Shown here one piece after another: positions 50,809 to 62,428 of a DNA stretch of 64,000 nt. The notes beneath the pieces are model-generated. The model was given only the letters and a program-made list of their open reading frames with translations, searched no databases and was not told where the DNA came from. Location of the stretch: assembly GCA_034519305.1 (NCBI GenBank), contig JAXHOM010000020.1, positions 9,163-73,162 of the forward strand. The letters are read 5' to 3'. This stretch comes from Pseudomonas sp. (GTDB lineage: Bacteria; Pseudomonadota; Gammaproteobacteria; Pseudomonadales; Pseudomonadaceae). Made by a program: the position numbers and the translations under genes. The stretch's first letter is position 1. Each line of letters starts with the position of its first letter.

Positions 50809-51216
50809 TCATTTAGCCCAGCCGGGGTACGTGTAAGGGAAGTCGGGCTCCAGTCGCGCGAGTTGGAGTGCGCTTGTGAGGGCCTCTGCATCGGCGAAAC
50901 CCGCACGACTAGAACCTTTTCCGATTGTCGTGACGAGATGCTCCATGATCAGCTCCAGTCTCTCGGTGGCGGTCCTAATACTAAGCAGCTCCAGGTTGGC
51001 AATTACGTTGCACAGCAGATCTATCGCCTGCGGTAATTGATCAACCGAGACAGTGCCGAAGCTTCCCCCAAAAGCTGTCGTAAATTCCCGTTCCATCCTT
51101 GCGACCCGCGTGATTTGCCCGTTGGGGGCTCCGTGCATGCTCTGCCAGAGCGTTATGGCGTTCAGGATTTCTTGGGGCGTGGGAGTTAAGAACTCTTTTG
51201 GACGTTTGGTCGTCAT
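50809..51216 (-). CDS. Hypothetical protein
   Basis: 135-aa ORF tightly packed in an operon-like arrangement. Confidence 0.6.
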   Translation of the reverse strand: MTTKRPKEFLTPTPQEILNAITLWQSMHGAPNGQITRVARMEREFTTAFGGSFGTVSVDQLPQAIDLLCNVIANLELLSIRTATERLELIMEHLVTTIGKGSSRAGFADAEALTSALQLARLEPDFPYTYPGWAK

Positions 51217-51227
51217 GATGGCTGCCC

Positions 51228-51692
51228 TTAGTTAGAGCGCCGGTTGGCGGTTTTTTTGAAGCGAGGAGAGCATCTTCCTGAGAGTGTGGACCATCTGATC
51301 TTGTTTCTTGAACAGCTGTAGTGATCTTCGCAGATCAGCATTTTTTCCAGCATCTGTGCGGTGTCTTGATCGGCCATGCTCCATGCAGAGCGATACTTGT
51401 TCAGGCACTCAATGGCTGCGCGTCTGCTATCCGGGCAAAGTTGATCCAGGATGTGGTCAATGAAGTCTGGGGTTAGTCGTAGCGGCAAGTAGTAGAGCGA
51501 GCCCCCAGCTTCGTGTGCCTCTTCAACACGGAGTTCGCCTCCAAATTCTGTGATGGCAAGCTCTGCCAGGGACGTTTGTGCACCGAACAACTGAAGCAGC
51601 GATTTCAGTTCCACGCGGAGTTGCAGCGATTCCATGTTCATCTTGAGCTGAAGCATGCCGCCTGCAGGTGTGGTTTGTGTCGTGGTGTTCAT
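51228..51692 (-). CDS. Hypothetical protein
   Basis: 154-aa ORF with GGAG RBS; first gene of a three-gene run. Confidence 0.6.
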   Translation of the reverse strand: MNTTTQTTPAGGMLQLKMNMESLQLRVELKSLLQLFGAQTSLAELAITEFGGELRVEEAHEAGGSLYYLPLRLTPDFIDHILDQLCPDSRRAAIECLNKYRSAWSMADQDTAQMLEKMLICEDHYSCSRNKIRWSTLSGRCSPRFKKTANRRSN

Positions 51693-51834
51693 GGGCTTCT
51701 CCAGTAATTTGAGAATCTGATTTGTGTTTATTGACAGCGGTATGTGGGTGGTGATAGCGAAACAAGGTAATGCTATGCCATCACGATGTGTCGCGTCAAA
51801 GGTGGCTTGATACTTCCTTTTCTGAGCGCGATAG

Positions 51835-52302
51835 ATGAGCTACGAAAAGGTGTTGGGTGAGGTGGTCAGAGACGTGAGGCTTAGGGCTGGCCTCACGCAT
51901 GAAGCTTGTGCTGAAGTCGTCAACGCTACCCACTTACGTCAGATCGAGAAGGGGCTGGCCGCAGTCAGAATTGACACGCTGGTAGCCCTATGTGGAGTGC
52001 TGGGCGTTTCACCGAGCCAATTGCTTTTGGTTGCTGAGGCGCGCTCGGCTGGTCAGGCGGTTGAAGAGCACCTTGGCGCGAACAACAAGCAAATTCTGTT
52101 GCTTCTGGAGGCTGGGCGGTTCGAGCCTGTCACGTCAAAAGATGCAGCGAGAGGAATTCGTGGCCAGAAGGCTGATGCGACCCGCGATGAGACTCGTCGA
52201 TTGCAGGCCGAAGGCCTATCTAAAGCTGATATCGCACGTCAGTTAGGCGTCACGGTGAGGACCGTTGAGCGTTATTGGGTCAAGCCAGTCACTCAGAAGT
52301 GA
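51835..52302 (+). CDS. Dual-HTH DNA-binding protein (N-terminal XRE, C-terminal resolvase/Hin-like HTH)
   Basis: VRDVRLRAGLTHE...LRQIEKG...LCGVLGVSPSQL; C-terminal LQAEGLSKADIARQLGVTVRTVERYW. Confidence 0.8.
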   Translation: MSYEKVLGEVVRDVRLRAGLTHEACAEVVNATHLRQIEKGLAAVRIDTLVALCGVLGVSPSQLLLVAEARSAGQAVEEHLGANNKQILLLLEAGRFEPVTSKDAARGIRGQKADATRDETRRLQAEGLSKADIARQLGVTVRTVERYWVKPVTQK

Positions 52303-52335
52303 CTAGGCAGCATCTACATTGGGTTTCGCGTCTTA

Positions 52336-52435
52336 TGCGACATCGTCCGTGTGTTGCGGCGTGAGCGTGCGACAGCTCAAGTGAGTCGCAGATGTGGTAT
52401 GGCAATACTCTCTGTGTGTCGCGCTTCCTGCAATA
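52336..52435. repeat. Second array of the TGCGACA-N9-TGTCGC dyad (3 dyads plus a half-site)
   Basis: Left arms at 52336, 52368 and 52401; spacers tcgtccgtg, gctcaagtg, ctctctgtg. Confidence 0.8.
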
Positions 52436-52657
52436 CGCAGACCCTTTCTCCGGCCTGAACGCCTAATACCGTACCCGTTTGGGAGGTAGCACAAACCCAT
52501 TGGAGTGCTGCCTGGGTATCAATCTGCGAGCTAAAGCGCTCGTTGCGTTCCGTCGCAGCAAAAATGAAACGGTACGCAAAACGGTACGCAAATTTTTTAT
52601 CGAGCCCATAAACGACAAAAGGCCAGCACGATGGCTGACCTAAGTCGTTGTTTCATA

Positions 52658-52734
52658 TGGTGGGCCCACACGGACTCGAACCGTGGACCAAAGGATTATG
52701 AGTCCTCTGCTCTAACCAACTGAGCTACAGGCCC
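52658..52734 (-). tRNA. ileX: tRNA-Ile2 (anticodon CAT; may be auto-annotated as Met)
   Basis: 77-nt cloverleaf GGGCCTGTAGCTCAG...CTCATAA...GGTTCGAGTCC...CCA downstream of rpoD. Confidence 0.93.
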
Positions 52735-52837
52735 CAGAAAGCGGGGCGATTATAACGAGGCCCTGGCGCTTGCGCCAACGGAACGCGGTGCGCAGGGGAA
52801 TTATCTGGTGGTGGCGGGTGTTTCCAGTGGCGTAATG

Positions 52838-52867
52838 CAAAACCCCCAGCCGGGGCTGGGGGTTTTG
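52838..52867 (-). terminator. rpoD intrinsic terminator
   Basis: CAAAACCCCCAGC-cggg-GCTGGGGGTTTTG hairpin just past the stop codon. Confidence 0.8.
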
Positions 52868-52870
52868 GTG

Positions 52871-54713
<1,843 letters not shown>

Positions 54714-54780
54714 AACACCCTATCCATTGAAGGTCTTGGCGGGCAAAAAACAAGCCGCGGATTATACCCGAGAAAGCCCC

Positions 54781-56778
54781 TTATGCGCCAGTTGGGGGCG
54801 AGGTAATTGCGGCGGTGTTGCGGCTGAGCAGGTTGCGTAGCTGATCTTTTTCTTCGGGGCTCAGTTCACTTTGACGGGCTTTGAGCAGCAAATGTTCCAA
54901 GCTGCGCTCGCGTTGGCGCGCTGCAAGTCTAGTTATAGTGTCGAAAAACTGTTGTTCAAGGCTGTCGGCTGAAATCAGCCATTCCTTCTCGGCCAGGGCC
55001 TGCAGCAGGCGGCCTTGCTCGGTTCCGTGCCAGCGCGCAATTAGTTGCAGGCTGCGCAGCTTGGGGTTTTTCTGCAGGGCGCCGAGCAGCGCGACCAGCA
55101 GTTGGGCGTAGGTGTCGTCTTCGGCAGCGAAGTGGCTGGCGTCCTCAACTTTATGCGCCAGTGCTGGGTGATGCAGCAGCGTGCGCAGGGCGGTGAGGGT
55201 GGGCGATTCGACGCTAACTGGCTTGCGCGGTGCGCGCGGTTGATCGTCGCGGCTGCCCTTTTTCCAGTTTTTGTCTTTGTAACCGCTCTTGCCGTCGCCT
55301 TTCTTCCAGGTTTTTTGTGGTTCGAAGTCGGCGGCAGGCGGTTCGATGTAGTGGGCGTAGTCGGCAATATCGCCATAATCCGGCGGGCTGTCGTGCTGGC
55401 CTGTGCTGATGTTGCTGTAGTCCGGGTAGTCGGGCGCGGCGCTGGATTGGCTGACGGGCGTGCTGCGGCTTGCCGGGGGGGCGCTGTTGTCGTTGCTGAG
55501 GCCGGTAATTTCGCTCAGGCGTTGGCGCATCAATGTGCGCAGGTTGGCGCCGGGGATCTTGTCGATCAGCGGGGCGGCCAGGGTCATCAAGTGGGCCTTG
55601 CCTTCCAGGGAGCGCGGGTCGGCTTCCTGGGTCAGTTGCTGGAAGAAGTAATCGGCCAGTGGCTGAGCTTGCTGGGTGATGCGGGCGCGAAAGGCGTCTG
55701 TGCCTTCGGCGCGCACCAAGGTGTCGGGGTCTTCGCCTTCGGGCAGAAACAGAAAGCGTGCGCGGCGACCGTCCTGCAGGCTGGGCAGGGTCGCTTCGAG
55801 TGCGCGCCAGGCGGCTTTGCGGCCGGCTGAGTCGCCGTCAAAACAGAACAGCACGCTGGGCACGATGCGAAACAGGCGCTTGAGGTGTTCTTCGCTGGTG
55901 GCGGTGCCGAGGGTGGCGACGGCGTTGCGCAGGCCTTGCTGGGCCAGGGCGATAACGTCCATGTAGCCCTCAACCACCATGATCTCGTCGAGGTGGCGAT
56001 TGCTCTGGCGCGCCTCATAAAGGCCGTAGAGTTCCTGGCCTTTATGGAAGACCGGGGTTTCCGGGGAGTTCAGGTACTTGGGTTTGTCGTCGCCCAGTAC
56101 CCGGCCGCCGAAGGCGATGATGCGTCCGCGGCTGTCGCGAATGGGGAAAATCACTCGGTCGCGAAAGCGGTCGTAGCGTTTGACCTTCTCGGGGTTCTCG
56201 GCGTTTTCCACCAGCAGACCGGCGTCGATCAGGTGCTTCTGCGCCAGGTTGTCGCCACCCAGATGTTTGTAGAGGTTGTCCCAGCCTGGCGGGGCGAAGC
56301 CGAGGCCGAAGTCGCGGGCAATTTCGCCGGAAAGGCCGCGGCCTTTCAGGTAATCGACGGCCGCTTTGCGGGTCGGATGGCTTTTCAGGGCCTGGCGGTA
56401 AAACTCAGCGGCTGCTGTTAATAGCGGATACAGCGGTGAGTCGGTGGGCTGGCGCGGTGTGTGCGGGCGGCCGCTTTCTTCGCGCGGCACTTCCATGCCG
56501 GCCTGCTTGGCCAGGTCTTCCACGGCCTGGACGAAGTCCAGATGGTCGTGGTCCATGATAAAGCCGAGGGCGTTGCCGCCGGCGCCACAGCCGAAGCAGT
56601 AGTAGAACTGTTTATCGGGGCTGACGCTGAAAGAGGGAGTTTTCTCCTTGTGAAACGGGCAGCAGGCGCTGTAATTCTTGCCGGCTTTTTTCAGTTGCAC
56701 GCGCGAACTCACCACGTCGACGATGTCGGTGCGGTTGAGGAGGTCGTCGATAAACGATTGTGGAATCAGGCCGGCCAT
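54781..56778 (-). CDS. dnaG: DNA primase
   Basis: CPFH..KTPSF zinc finger, KYLNSPET, VEGYMDV, FDGD. Confidence 0.98.
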   Translation of the reverse strand: MAGLIPQSFIDDLLNRTDIVDVVSSRVQLKKAGKNYSACCPFHKEKTPSFSVSPDKQFYYCFGCGAGGNALGFIMDHDHLDFVQAVEDLAKQAGMEVPREESGRPHTPRQPTDSPLYPLLTAAAEFYRQALKSHPTRKAAVDYLKGRGLSGEIARDFGLGFAPPGWDNLYKHLGGDNLAQKHLIDAGLLVENAENPEKVKRYDRFRDRVIFPIRDSRGRIIAFGGRVLGDDKPKYLNSPETPVFHKGQELYGLYEARQSNRHLDEIMVVEGYMDVIALAQQGLRNAVATLGTATSEEHLKRLFRIVPSVLFCFDGDSAGRKAAWRALEATLPSLQDGRRARFLFLPEGEDPDTLVRAEGTDAFRARITQQAQPLADYFFQQLTQEADPRSLEGKAHLMTLAAPLIDKIPGANLRTLMRQRLSEITGLSNDNSAPPASRSTPVSQSSAAPDYPDYSNISTGQHDSPPDYGDIADYAHYIEPPAADFEPQKTWKKGDGKSGYKDKNWKKGSRDDQPRAPRKPVSVESPTLTALRTLLHHPALAHKVEDASHFAAEDDTYAQLLVALLGALQKNPKLRSLQLIARWHGTEQGRLLQALAEKEWLISADSLEQQFFDTITRLAARQRERSLEHLLLKARQSELSPEEKDQLRNLLSRNTAAITSPPTGA

Positions 56779-56884
56779 AAGGGGTCAGGATACTGCTCGA
56801 AGGCGGTGACTGGGCGGGCGGATAAAACAAAAAAACTCCGGCCATTCGCGAATCTGCGAAGCGGAGTGGTGCTCAGTAAAAACG

Positions 56885-56910
56885 CAATGCCCGACCGAGG
56901 TCGGGCATTG
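56885..56910 (-). terminator. Hairpin between rpsU and dnaG
   Basis: CAATGCCCGACC-ga-GGTCGGGCATTG followed by a U-rich tract on the minus strand. Confidence 0.7.
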
Positions 56911-56940
56911 TGCTGAAGCGCTAGCGGTGCGACGTGTAAC

Positions 56941-57156
56941 TTAGTACATGCGCACGTGACGGCGCTGTTCGCGCTGCACTTTCTTCGCGTGACGCTTAAC
57001 AGCAGCTGCTGCCTTGCGCTTACGCTCAGAGGTGGGCTTTTCGTAGAATTCGCGGCTGCGCACTTCAGCCAGTACACCGGCCTTTTCGCAGGAGCGCTTG
57101 AAGCGACGCAGAGCTACGTCGAAGGGTTCGTTCTCTTTAACTTTGACGGCTGGCAT
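56941..57156 (-). CDS. rpsU: 30S ribosomal protein S21
   Basis: [27 protein letters not shown], 71 aa. Confidence 0.98.
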   Translation of the reverse strand: MPAVKVKENEPFDVALRRFKRSCEKAGVLAEVRSREFYEKPTSERKRKAAAAVKRHAKKVQREQRRHVRMY

Positions 57157-57358
57157 CCAGGGCTTACCTTCACAATGTACCGATGGTGAACGCACTCCTG
57201 GCAAATGGCACGGGAGAACGTCGGTTTTTAAGGGTTGCGGATGTTAACCCCTTGGCGCGAGGAATGCAAAGCCTCTGATCGAAAACCGCTGGTCGGTGCC
57301 CGGGGTGGGCATTATCATGCGCGCCTTCGATTTTGCCCACCCTTAAAGGCGCAAACCC

Positions 57359-58384
57359 ATGCTAGTGCTGGGATTAGAGACTTCCTGCGACGAAACCGGC
57401 GTCGCGTTATACGACAGTGAGCGTGGTCTGCTGGCCGATGCGCTGTTCAGTCAGATTGATTTGCACCGTGCCTACGGCGGCGTTGTGCCGGAGTTGGCCT
57501 CGCGCGATCACGTCAAGCGCATGCTGCCGTTGATCCGCCAGGTGCTGGAGGAGGCGGGGTGTACGGCCCAGGACATTGACGCCATTGCCTATACCGCGGG
57601 CCCCGGCCTGGTCGGTGCCTTGCTGGTGGGCGCTTCGTGCGCCCAGGCGCTGGCGTTTGCCTGGGAGATTCCGGCGCTGGGCGTGCACCACATGGAAGGT
57701 CATTTGCTGGCGCCAATGCTGGAAGAGCAGCCGCCGCAGTTTCCGTTCGTCGCTTTGTTGGTGTCGGGTGGCCATACCCAGTTGGTACGCGTGGATGGCA
57801 TCGGCCGTTATGCCTTGCTCGGCGAGTCGCTGGACGATGCCGCTGGCGAGGCCTTCGACAAGACCGCCAAGATGCTCGGGCTGGTCTATCCGGGCGGGCC
57901 GGAGATTGCGCGCCTGGCTGAACGTGGCGTGCCTGGGCGGTTTGTTTTCCCGCGGCCGATGACCGATCGGCCTGGGCTGGACTTCAGTTTCAGCGGTTTG
58001 AAGACCTTTGCCTTGAACACCTGGCAGCAACAGCGCACGGGTGGCGAGGCTGACGAGCAGGTTCGTTGTGATATCGCCCTGGCGTTTCAGCAGGCGGTGG
58101 TGGAAACCCTGACCATCAAATGCAAGCGCGCGCTGAAGCACACGCATTTGAAGAGTCTGGTTATCGCCGGCGGCGTGAGTGCCAATCAGGCATTGCGCAG
58201 TGGTCTGGAGAAGATGCTCAAGGAGCTCGGTGGTCAGGTCTTCTACGCGCGGCCACGGTTCTGTACCGATAACGGTGCGATGATCGCGTATGCGGGCTGT
58301 CAGCGCCTGCTGGCGGGGCAGCAGGACGGCCCCGCGATTGGTGTGCAGGCTCGTTGGCCAATGGAGCAATTGTTGCCGTTATGA
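57359..58384 (+). CDS. tsaD: tRNA N6-adenosine threonylcarbamoyltransferase
   Basis: [33 protein letters not shown]. Confidence 0.98.
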   Translation: MLVLGLETSCDETGVALYDSERGLLADALFSQIDLHRAYGGVVPELASRDHVKRMLPLIRQVLEEAGCTAQDIDAIAYTAGPGLVGALLVGASCAQALAFAWEIPALGVHHMEGHLLAPMLEEQPPQFPFVALLVSGGHTQLVRVDGIGRYALLGESLDDAAGEAFDKTAKMLGLVYPGGPEIARLAERGVPGRFVFPRPMTDRPGLDFSFSGLKTFALNTWQQQRTGGEADEQVRCDIALAFQQAVVETLTIKCKRALKHTHLKSLVIAGGVSANQALRSGLEKMLKELGGQVFYARPRFCTDNGAMIAYAGCQRLLAGQQDGPAIGVQARWPMEQLLPL

Positions 58385-58404
58385 GGCGGCTGCAGGTTGA
58401 TCGC

Positions 58405-58974
58405 TCAAAAATGCCGTTCGCGCCCGGCGAACAGGTCGCGTAAATTGCCGCGGTGGCGCCAGACAATCAGGCCGCACAGCGCGCTCATGGGCAGCAGGGC
58501 GCCGGGTTGTTGCCAGGCCAGCAAGGGCAGTGTCAGCGGTGTGGCGATCAGCGCAGCGAGGGAGCTGATGCGGGTCAGCTGAAAGCTCAGCAGCCAGGCG
58601 CCTACCGCCAGTAAAGCTGCGGGCGGGTAGAGGCCCAGGAGCATGCCGGCGGCAGTGGCCACGCCCTTGCCGCCACGGAAGCGAAAAAACACCGGGTAGA
58701 GGTGACCAACGACTGCCGCCAGACCAACCCAGGCTTGTTGCTGGATGCTGAAGTGCCAGGCCGCCGCCACCAGTACTGGCAGCAGGCCTTTGCTCAAGTC
58801 ACCGAGAAGGGTGAGGATGGCCAGTTTTTTTCCCGCCAGGCGTAGCATGTTGCTGGCGCCGGGGTTGCCCGAGCCGCCATCACGGGGGTCGGGGCCGCCC
58901 GCCAGGCGACTGAGCAGGATGGCAAACGACAGGGAGCCGAGCAGGTAGGCGAGGAACGCCAAGAGCCAAAACAT
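58405..58974 (-). CDS. plsY: Glycerol-3-phosphate acyltransferase PlsY
   Basis: [28 protein letters not shown]. Confidence 0.96.
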   Translation of the reverse strand: MFWLLAFLAYLLGSLSFAILLSRLAGGPDPRDGGSGNPGASNMLRLAGKKLAILTLLGDLSKGLLPVLVAAAWHFSIQQQAWVGLAAVVGHLYPVFFRFRGGKGVATAAGMLLGLYPPAALLAVGAWLLSFQLTRISSLAALIATPLTLPLLAWQQPGALLPMSALCGLIVWRHRGNLRDLFAGRERHF

Positions 58975-59047
58975 GGTTTCCATTCCGGGGCGGGTAAGCC
59001 CCGATTCTAACGGCGCATGGCGCCCTTGTCGTGCCGGAGCAGCGTAC

Positions 59048-59401
59048 GTGGACAGAGTGTTTATCGAAGGGCTGGAGGTCGATACGGTGATCGGCGCCTA
59101 CGATTGGGAGCGCGAGATTCGCCAGTGCCTGCGCCTAGACTTGAGCTTCGCCTGGGACAACCGCAAGCCGGCGGCCAATGATGACCTGAGCCTGGCGCTG
59201 GATTACGCCACGGTCTCGACACGCATTCAGGCCTTTGCCCAGGACGCGCAATTTATCCTGGTGGAAACCTTCGCCGAACGCCTGGCGGCGCTGCTGATGG
59301 ACGAATTTCACATTCCCTGGCTGCGCCTCAAACTGACCAAGCCCGGTGCCGTGCCGGCCGCCAGTGGCGTAGGCGTGGAGATTGAGCGCGGATGCCTGTG
59401 A
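59048..59401 (+). CDS. folB: Dihydroneopterin aldolase
   Basis: GTG start; DRVFIEGL...[18 protein letters not shown]. Confidence 0.96.
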   Translation: MDRVFIEGLEVDTVIGAYDWEREIRQCLRLDLSFAWDNRKPAANDDLSLALDYATVSTRIQAFAQDAQFILVETFAERLAALLMDEFHIPWLRLKLTKPGAVPAASGVGVEIERGCL

Positions 59402-59931
59402 CGCGAATATTTCTTGGCCTCGGCAGCAATATCGAGCGCGAACGGCACCTGCGCGCCGGGCTCGATGCCTTGGCCGGCTTTGTCGGTTCCCTGCAGTGCT
59501 CGCCGGTGTTCGAGAGCGAGCCGGTAGGTATCAGCAGTGGCCCATTCTTCAATCTGGTGGTGTCGGGCGAGACCGATTTGACACTGGCGGAGTTGGACCA
59601 GCGACTGAAGCTGATCGAGGCCGACAATGGCCGCTACGCCCCCGGCCGCAAGGGCCTGCCGCTGGATATCGATGTGCTGCTGTATGGCGAGCAGGTGGGC
59701 GATTTTGATGGCCTGGTGCTGCCGCGGGCTGAAATCCTCAAAAATGCCTTTGTGCTTTGGCCGCTGGCTTTGCACGCGGCGCATACCGTGCATCCCGGTG
59801 TGCAGCGTTGCTTTGCCGACCTCTGGCAGACGGCGCAGATTGAGCAGCAGCTGTGGCCGGTGGCGTTCAGCTGGCGTGAGCAGCCGCTAACGCCCGCGGC
59901 CTTGTGCGCCGAGTACCCGGCCAAGCCCTGA
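59392..59931 (+). CDS. folK: 2-amino-4-hydroxy-6-hydroxymethyldihydropteridine diphosphokinase
   Basis: LGLGSN, FFNLV, LDIDVLLYG. Confidence 0.95.
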   Translation: MPVTRIFLGLGSNIERERHLRAGLDALAGFVGSLQCSPVFESEPVGISSGPFFNLVVSGETDLTLAELDQRLKLIEADNGRYAPGRKGLPLDIDVLLYGEQVGDFDGLVLPRAEILKNAFVLWPLALHAAHTVHPGVQRCFADLWQTAQIEQQLWPVAFSWREQPLTPAALCAEYPAKP

Positions 59932-60417
59932 TCAGGGTGTGCTGACGATAATCGCCACGCGCCGATTTTCGCTGCGCCCTTCGGCGGTGGCGTTGTCGGC
60001 AATCGGCTTGCTTTGGCCCATGCCGTGGGTCGCAATCAGCTGCGCATCCATGCCTGCACTTTGCATCACGGTTGCCACCGTCTGCGCGCGGCGCAGTGAC
60101 AGCTGCTGGTTATACGCCGCCTGGCCGACATTGTCGGTGTGGCCTTCCAGGCGCACCTGCTGAATACCGACGCCCAGCAGGGCGCGGGTGATTTGCGTCA
60201 GTTGGGCATTGCTGGCGCTGGAGACGACTTCGGAGTTGGTGTCGAACAGCACTTTTCCGGAGAGGCCCAGCTCCCAGCCATCTTCGGTCCACTGGAAACC
60301 ATTGCTCTTGAGCACTGCCACCTGTTCGGCGCTGAGGCCTTTGGGGGCGCTCTGGCAGCCGCTGAGGAGTGCTGCGCCGAGCACGCTGATCAACAGCAAT
60401 CGAATTAAACTGCGCAC
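59932..60417 (-). CDS. yfiB: OmpA-family lipoprotein YfiB
   Basis: Lipobox LSGC, GHTD, LSLRRA, NRRV. Confidence 0.9.
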   Translation of the reverse strand: MRSLIRLLLISVLGAALLSGCQSAPKGLSAEQVAVLKSNGFQWTEDGWELGLSGKVLFDTNSEVVSSASNAQLTQITRALLGVGIQQVRLEGHTDNVGQAAYNQQLSLRRAQTVATVMQSAGMDAQLIATHGMGQSKPIADNATAEGRSENRRVAIIVSTP

Positions 60418-60431
60418 GATGAAGTTCCTTT

Positions 60432-61691
60432 TCAGTTGGTAATTGAGTTCTGGCCTTTGGCCATGGTTCGTCCGCCCTGGTTGCGCTTGGCTTGATACAT
60501 GGCGACATCCGCTTTGTGCACGAGGGCTTCAGGGTTGTCGGCATGCTTCGGGTAGAGGGCGATGCCGATACTGAGTGAGTTGGTGATGCTGCCGCCTTCG
60601 GGAAGGGCGATGGGCGCGCGCATGCTGTCGATGATTTTGTCGGCGATCAGTGCCGCGTCATTTTCATGGTGGATGGGCTCGAGCAGCACCGCAAACTCGT
60701 CGCCACCCAGGCGCGCGACGGTGTCACCTTCACGCAGCTGGGCGCGCAGGCGCTGGGCGATGGCGATCAGCACAGCGTCGCCAGCGGCATGGCCGAGCTG
60801 ATCGTTGATCTCCTTGAAGCGGTTGCTGTCGAGAAACATCACCGCCATCTGGGTGTTGCTGTCGCGGGCTTGGCGCATGCTGCCGAGCAGGCGCGATTCG
60901 AAAAAGGCGCGGTTGGGCAGCCCGGTCAGTGCATCGTGGCTGGCTTGGTGCGCCAGCGAGGCATTCTCGCGCTCCAGTTGGTGCTGCCAGGCCTCAAGTT
61001 GATCGAGCAGTGCGTTGAAATTCTCGGCCAGCTCGTTGAGGTCGGCGATCGGGGTGGCCGGCACGCGCTCGTTGAAGGTGCGCTGTGTAGAAATACTGTG
61101 CGCCACGTGCGACAGGTTGCGCAGCGGTTCGGTAATCGCCCGTTGTATGCGTTTGGAGCCGTAGATCGCGCCCAATGCACTGAGCGCCAGGCTGGCCAGC
61201 AGACCGAACAGGCCGCCGAGCAGGAAGCGCAGCAGGGTGGTGTCTTGGCCGCTGAGGTGCAGTGCGCCGATCTGTTGGCCCTGGTAGGTGATGGGCTGGA
61301 TCACCACGTCCGGCAGCAGCAGGTGGGCGATGGCTTGCTCGGCGCTGTTCAGTACCGTGCTTTTGGGGGCGTCCAGGCGGGCGAGCAGCGCGCCGTTTTT
61401 ATCGAAGACGGCCACCTGGGCGATTTCTTCGCTCTTGCAGACCTGCTCCAGGGTTTCGCGTACCGCGGTGCGGTCATTGAACACCACGGCAGCTTCCAGG
61501 GTGTAAGCCAGGGAGCGGGCAATCAGTTGCAGGTTATGGCCGGCGTAGGTGCTGAGCGCCAGCAGGCTGACCAGGGTCAGCGACAGGCTGGTCAGCCCCA
61601 TGGCCAGCAGGGCGACGCGCAGGTGCGCGCGCTGCAGCAGGCGGCGCAGGCTGAGGCGCTGTTGAGTGACTTTGGGTTTTCTGCGGTTCAT
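60432..61691 (-). CDS. yfiN: Diguanylate cyclase YfiN/TpbB (periplasmic-HAMP-GGDEF)
   Basis: Two TMs, HAMP, HDALTGLPNR, RLGGDEF. Confidence 0.92.
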   Translation of the reverse strand: MNRRKPKVTQQRLSLRRLLQRAHLRVALLAMGLTSLSLTLVSLLALSTYAGHNLQLIARSLAYTLEAAVVFNDRTAVRETLEQVCKSEEIAQVAVFDKNGALLARLDAPKSTVLNSAEQAIAHLLLPDVVIQPITYQGQQIGALHLSGQDTTLLRFLLGGLFGLLASLALSALGAIYGSKRIQRAITEPLRNLSHVAHSISTQRTFNERVPATPIADLNELAENFNALLDQLEAWQHQLERENASLAHQASHDALTGLPNRAFFESRLLGSMRQARDSNTQMAVMFLDSNRFKEINDQLGHAAGDAVLIAIAQRLRAQLREGDTVARLGGDEFAVLLEPIHHENDAALIADKIIDSMRAPIALPEGGSITNSLSIGIALYPKHADNPEALVHKADVAMYQAKRNQGGRTMAKGQNSITN

Positions 61692-62290
61692 GGCTGTGGG
61701 CCTGCACGCTTGCCCAGCTGCAGCACGTTGGGGTGAATACGGATGCCGCTGCGGGCGACGGCGTCTAGGTTGACCTTGAACGCCACATGCTCATCGCTGA
61801 TGCCGAGGCAGAACAGGCTGCCTTCACTGCAGGCCTGGCTGGCTTCACTGATGGTCAGAATTGGTTTGCCGACCAGGCGGCTGAACAGCTCGATGCGCTG
61901 GCTTTCTTCGATTACGCCGAGGTAGACAGCTTCACAGTCGGTTTCCAGCAGCGGACTGTCGATTAGCAGGCGTTTGGCTTGTACCGGCAGGAGGGATTCC
62001 AGCTCGTGATTTTGCCACAGCAAGTCGGCGTACTCGGTTGGCGCGATCACACACAGGCGCAGGCTTTGCGGCTGCTGCGGCCAACGGGCATAGCTGAGAA
62101 TACCGTGCACCACGTGGGCGACCTGAGTGGCGCGCAGTGTGGCGCTCTCCGGGGTGGATTCGGCCTGGGTCAGCGCCGACCAGAGTGTCAGCAGGACGGT
62201 GCAGAGAACGTTTCGATTGGCGCGCATAAACACTGAACGATTGAGATGCAAGGTGAGGTCTCCGGCGTGGCCTGTTCGGCGCTGATGCAC
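61688..62290 (-). CDS. yfiR: Periplasmic regulator YfiR (start uncertain)
   Basis: GILSYARWP, LCV, ILTISE, FCL, VNLDAVARSG.RIHP. Confidence 0.9.
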   Translation of the reverse strand: MHQRRTGHAGDLTLHLNRSVFMRANRNVLCTVLLTLWSALTQAESTPESATLRATQVAHVVHGILSYARWPQQPQSLRLCVIAPTEYADLLWQNHELESLLPVQAKRLLIDSPLLETDCEAVYLGVIEESQRIELFSRLVGKPILTISEASQACSEGSLFCLGISDEHVAFKVNLDAVARSGIRIHPNVLQLGKRAGPQP

Positions 62291-62428
62291 GCACGTTGGC
62301 GCGTGGCAAGGCAGGCTCTTGTTAAGTAAAGCTCATGCGCTCAGTTTTTGGCGTCAAAAAACATGCTTGTATTGGCTGGAGGCCTAGTGCTGCAAGGCCT
62401 GCAGCCTATCAGTGTGCGGCGGGCGGCG

